The notes below the pieces were generated by a model that did not search any database, was not told the origin of the DNA, and saw only the letters and a program-made list of their open reading frames with translations. Both the position numbers and the translations under genes were made by a program. From assembly GCA_020137815.1 (NCBI GenBank), contig WFME01000016.1, positions 1-38,220 of the forward strand: DNA of 38,220 bases. Reading direction: 5' to 3'. Positions within the stretch are counted from its first letter, which is position 1. Every line of letters begins with the position of its first letter. Below are positions 33,888 through 38,220 of this stretch, piece by piece. The DNA comes from Hormiphora californensis (taxonomy: Eukaryota; Animalia; Ctenophora).

Positions 33888-34169
33888 TTCCTCCTCTCTC
33901 GTCCTCTCTCCTCCTCTCTCTCTCTCTCTCTCTCGCTCTCCCTCTCTCCTCTCTCCTCGATCTCTCTCTCTCTCTATCTCTCTCTCCTCTCTCTCTCGGT
34001 CTTCTCTCGTCTCTCTCTCCTCTAACTCTCTCACTCTATCTCTCTCTCTCTCCTCTCCTCCCTCGTCTCTCTCCAGGTCCTCTCTCTCTCTCTCTCCTCT
34101 CCGCTCGTCGTCGTCCTTCTCTCCCATCTTCGCTCGTCCCCCTCTCTCTCTTCTCTCCTCTCCCTCTCT

Positions 34170-34207
<38 letters not shown>

Positions 34208-34213
34208 ACTCTC
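33888..34213. repeat. (CT)n microsatellite, imperfect
   Basis: Seen directly. Confidence 0.92.
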
Positions 34214-34659
34214 TGTGTGGAGGTTTAGGCCAGGTTTGATGTGTGGTGGGGTTTAAGGTTTGCTGGAGGTTTGCTGATTGTTGGTTTGGAGGTTTGGTAT
34301 TCGGGGTTTGTCTCGGTTCTTTGGGTTTGGTCTTGGCAGATTAGCAATTTTCTCAACTCACTGTCCTTACTGAGCTATTTCTATTGGTGAGATATTGGGA
34401 GTGTATTGAAATTGATAGTACACCGACAACGTCTTAATCACAGTTTTTTCTTTCAGCCACCCGTTTTCAAATTGATACAAAGAGTTCATGGTCCCAAAGG
34501 CGGATAAATCCAACCCTCAATATTCTCACAGTTTTACCTCGCTTTTAAGACGTCACATATTATCTCCAAAGTGGTACCATCTTTTACAAAAATCGAGTTG
34601 TTTGTTGTGCCATGTACATGTACATGCAGTGTATACTGTACATTAGGGTTGCTAAGTTG

Positions 34660-35695
34660 AAAAATATCGCTTTGGAACAATATGTCTGGTATTCAGTGGG
34701 TAATTTTCTAACTGATTTCCGAAGTTTCAGCCCAAACGGTTGAGCCACTAAGGATCGCAAGCGACTTTGTCATACCCGCGTTTTTGTGTAAATAATGGGA
34801 ATTTTAGGGTTAATGAAGTCCATGGAGCACTAGGGTAGCGACTGGCAATTGGAAACGCCTGCTAACTTGAAACAGTGTCTGATAACTTTGAAACACGTGC
34901 TCTGGGTTATTTGAAACACATGCGTTATTTGCTCTCTGATTGGTGTCGTGTGTGTGCTGTAGCACAGTGAAGAGAGTCTGGTAACTTGAAACACTGAGGA
35001 GGGCTATTTGAAAACAATTTTCTCCGATTGGATTGTCGAATTTTTTGTTGTTCAATATGAGCATGAGGCAGGATATAAACTATGATTTGAGTCATTTTCC
35101 GCCAAAAGTTGGCCGAATATGAGGCAAAACTGTTTTCCCTGCTAATTTGAAACGTTTTTTGGAAAGGTATTGCACCAGCACGTTCAACAAAATTCAGATT
35201 TCAGAACATGGAATGGCTCTGCACAACCCTTTCTAACTATTCAATGTCAAAATTTTGGTTTCGTGTAGAAATTGAGGAGATACGGGTGTTTCAAATTTAT
35301 GCGAACCGAGGCGGTTAAATTGGAAACACCAAATTTGATAGATATCCACGTGACCCTGACCCCGAAAGACAAAATGAGACATCTCCAACCACCCAAAAAA
35401 CTACCCAGGGACTGTCTCGGTAACACAAGGTCAAAAAAATTTGGTTCGACTTGATTGTGTGGGCAGGCAAGGTGAACAAAGTGAAAAACTGTTTTTCAAA
35501 TCGCCATTCGCTACCCTATATTTTGTATACCTTGCTGTATACTCAAAATATCGCTTTGGATAATATGTCCATATTTCACGTGGGTAATTTTCTACTACGA
35601 TATTCGAAGGTTTTCAGCCCAAACGTTTTGACCCTAAGGAATCCAAAGCCCACTTTTTGTGACCCTTGTTTTTCGGTGAAAAATCGGGGGAAAAT
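34660..35695. repeat. Diverged ~140-bp direct repeat pair (34660-34800 and 35545-35695)
   Basis: aaaatatcgctttgga.aatatgtc..gtgggtaattttcta..tttcagcccaaacg shared. Confidence 0.75.
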
Positions 35696-36486
35696 CAATT
35701 CTCTATCATCTTGGAACGAAGTTACAGATAGGTCCCATTTTGCCTCTAAATTCAGTGTAATCACGCATGCGTGCCACGTGATGAGAGGCTTTTTATAAAC
35801 CATCATTAACGCCAAACGAAAAGATGAACTAATTCTTGTTTTCACAGCTGGAGATCTCTGGATGTGTGGCACTGTGCATTAGTCGAGTGGGGTTCCTTTA
35901 TTTGAAAATGGTGGCAGTAGTGAATACAATTATAGACGGTTTCAATCGAATAATGACCCAACTTTAAATTCTGGGACACGATAAAACTAGTTTCTTCTTT
36001 TCTTTCTTCTGACTTCTCCCAGTTTTCGCAAATTTCCATTTCCATTTCCTGATGAACTTATTGCCTTAAACTTTTAGATCTCGACTAATAGGCCTTTTGA
36101 GTGTGAAAATGGAGTGGAGAGCTATAATATGATGTCGTCCACACTACAGAATTAGTGGTTGGTTTGTTTTGAGAGCTTTTGAGTAGGGTTTAGAGAGGAT
36201 GTTCCCCATAAAACCCCCTCCACGTAGGTACAAGTCACGTGATTTCACGCCCCATTTCACACTGAACCCATATAAATAAGCCCCACTACCTAGCACAAAC
36301 GCGTTCGTGTTTTTGGCTCTCTCTGTCGGTGATCTCTCCTCCCTCTCTCCCTGCCTTCTCGAATTTCACCACTTTGTCTACCACGGTGAACCAAGTCCAG
36401 CTAAGCTTCCACTACTGAGCCCAAGCAACAACAACAAAGGACTCAGCCAACTACAACCTTACCCCAATCTTCTATCAGATAAGATC

Positions 36487-38220
36487 GTTCATTCTGTTAT
36501 TCATTTATTCAATGTATTGTTTTTATGTGTCAGTAATGGTTGTTGCAATTTCCACAGTCTAGTTGCCTGTTCACAGTTCTAGGGTGGCTTCTGTCCTGTC
36601 AGTTTCTGGTATCATTGTTGACCGTGGTTCACGTGCCGGGGTAGGGAGTGTTTTGGGTCATTAGTTGTTCGCCTGTCTCGTGTTCGTGCCCCCGCACGTA
36701 TTTATTTTTGGAGTTAATTTTATTATAGTTGTTAGGTTTCTTGTATTTAGGCAACTTGGTCCTAGCTGTGCACTTTGGTTCTGCTCCGTCTGGCCTCTCC
36801 TCAGGTTCCCTCCCTTTCTGTTCCCGTTCCTAGTCCAGCTCGGCGTACCCCCTCCGGTTGTTGGGCTAGTGTAAGGCTAAGTGTGCCGTGTGGGTTCCCG
36901 CAGTTGTGTTCTGGTGGGGACTGGGGTCCTCGTGTGGCCATTAGGTTGCAGTTATAGACGGCTTGGCTAAGGGACAGGGGCTGGGCAAGGGGCCTTTGGT
37001 GTGGGGGAGGGGGATCTGGGTTAGTCCCACCTTACTCACTAACACCGACCGAATACTGGGTTTTCATTCACGGCATCTCTCCCTGGCGAGAAGAGTCAAG
37101 ATCTCTCACTCTCCAACCTAACCACAAACATGTTTGCAGATCACAATATAGATCTGTTGTATTTATACAAGATCAAACCACCCATTTTGCGGTGCTTCCT
37201 CGTTCCCAATGCTAATCCTCCTGTGCCGTTCCCGAACAGTGGCACTATTTTCTGTTTTCTAGTTTTCCTTCTTGGGGCCAGTGCATCAGCTTCTATCTTC
37301 TTCTCCGCTGCTTTTTTTCCTGCTCCGCTCCCGGTTTCGTCTTTCTTGGATTAGATATGTCTTTTGCCAGTTCGGTTCTTCTTCGATCAGGGTTCTCTGT
37401 CGATTGGGACCAGAGGCATCCGTCACACTGGATCTCGTGGTTTGTCTTCTTTTCCTAGTTCGTTGGTCTCCTTCTCTATCGCCGTCTCTCTCATCTTTAT
37501 CATCCCGGCCCTGCCGAGCCCTTTTCATCACCTTCTTTCCTCTCATTCTCCAAGGGGGTTTTGGATTTCATCCCTGTAACTTTTCTTCAATGGAGGTCTT
37601 CCTGAATGTGGAGATAATCAATCGTGTTGGCACTAAACTTAATTACTGGAGGTCTAATTGGGTTCTTCACTCACTGGACCCTGGCTTCTCTTTTCGTCAC
37701 CTTCCCTGGAGCGGTTTTCCTCGTCCTGTCCTGAATGTCTCTCTCCTCGCTGTCCTGTCTCTCTCTGTCTCACGTCTTCTCCGATCACACCGGGGGGGGG
37801 GGATATCTGGTGTGTGGGAGGGGTTAATTGGAGTTATCTTTCTCGGGTGGGCCATAGTATGGGAGACGATATCCTTTAGCTGGTCCATCCATAAAAAGTT
37901 ATCATACCATGCAGTCACCTCATAATAATACTTATTATTCCAGCACGCACCTTCATACATTAAGTGCTTGCTAACCAAGTCTTGCCTTCCTTGTGTGTAG
38001 AGTCGACCATGATTCCTCCCTGGCATCACTAGATCGGTGGAGAAGGGAGGCTTTGGGGCTACTTCTGCCTAATTCGGCTCCTCCCTTGGGGTTGTGTGTT
38101 CTTGGTTGGTGGGGAAGGTAGTTGTCCGCTGTAGGTCTCCAGTTTTCATTGGTCGGCTCTGTTAAACCCTGTCTTTCCTCTTTAATCTCTCCTCTCTCTC
38201 ATCTCTCTCTCCGGCTCTCC
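36487..38220 (-). mobile_element. Unclassified retroelement-like segment with fragmented K/R-rich minus-strand frames
   Basis: Purine-rich minus strand, ORFs 37697-38029 and 37286-37546, AATAAA plus (tgaa)-like tail near 36487-36515; no diagnostic domain recognised. Confidence 0.3.

Noticed and set aside
33777-34239. Glu/Arg-rich and Ser/Leu-rich ORFs
   Set aside because: Translations of a (CT)n microsatellite

Overview
Animal (invertebrate-type) nuclear DNA with GT-AG introns and dense repeats; nothing prokaryotic. The main feature is a minus-strand, multi-exon gene for a secreted mosaic lectin starting at ATG 31468. It has a signal peptide and at least five tandem F-type (fucolectin) lectin domains (FTLDs). 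A follistatin-N-like segment, an EGF domain and a Cys-module resembling the resistin/PCSK9 C-terminal repeat follow on the same strand, probably in the same gene, and extend to at least ~14147. FTLD2 has a perfect fucose-binding motif H-X26-R-X-D-X4-R, whereas FTLD1 and FTLD3 lack the His. Introns and flanks hold a hAT-type element with an 8-bp TSD, fold-back MITEs, pogo/Tigger-like ends, a tRNA-derived SINE-like insert, Helitron-like termini and a 5'-truncated LINE with a TSD. An RFX X-box-like palindrome (GTTNCCATGGNAAC) recurs, often right at splice donors. Most of ~6220-25500 (and ~4020-4180) is homopolymer-inflated, probably a low-quality consensus, so exons there are only partly legible and nearly all ORFs in the supplied track are spurious.
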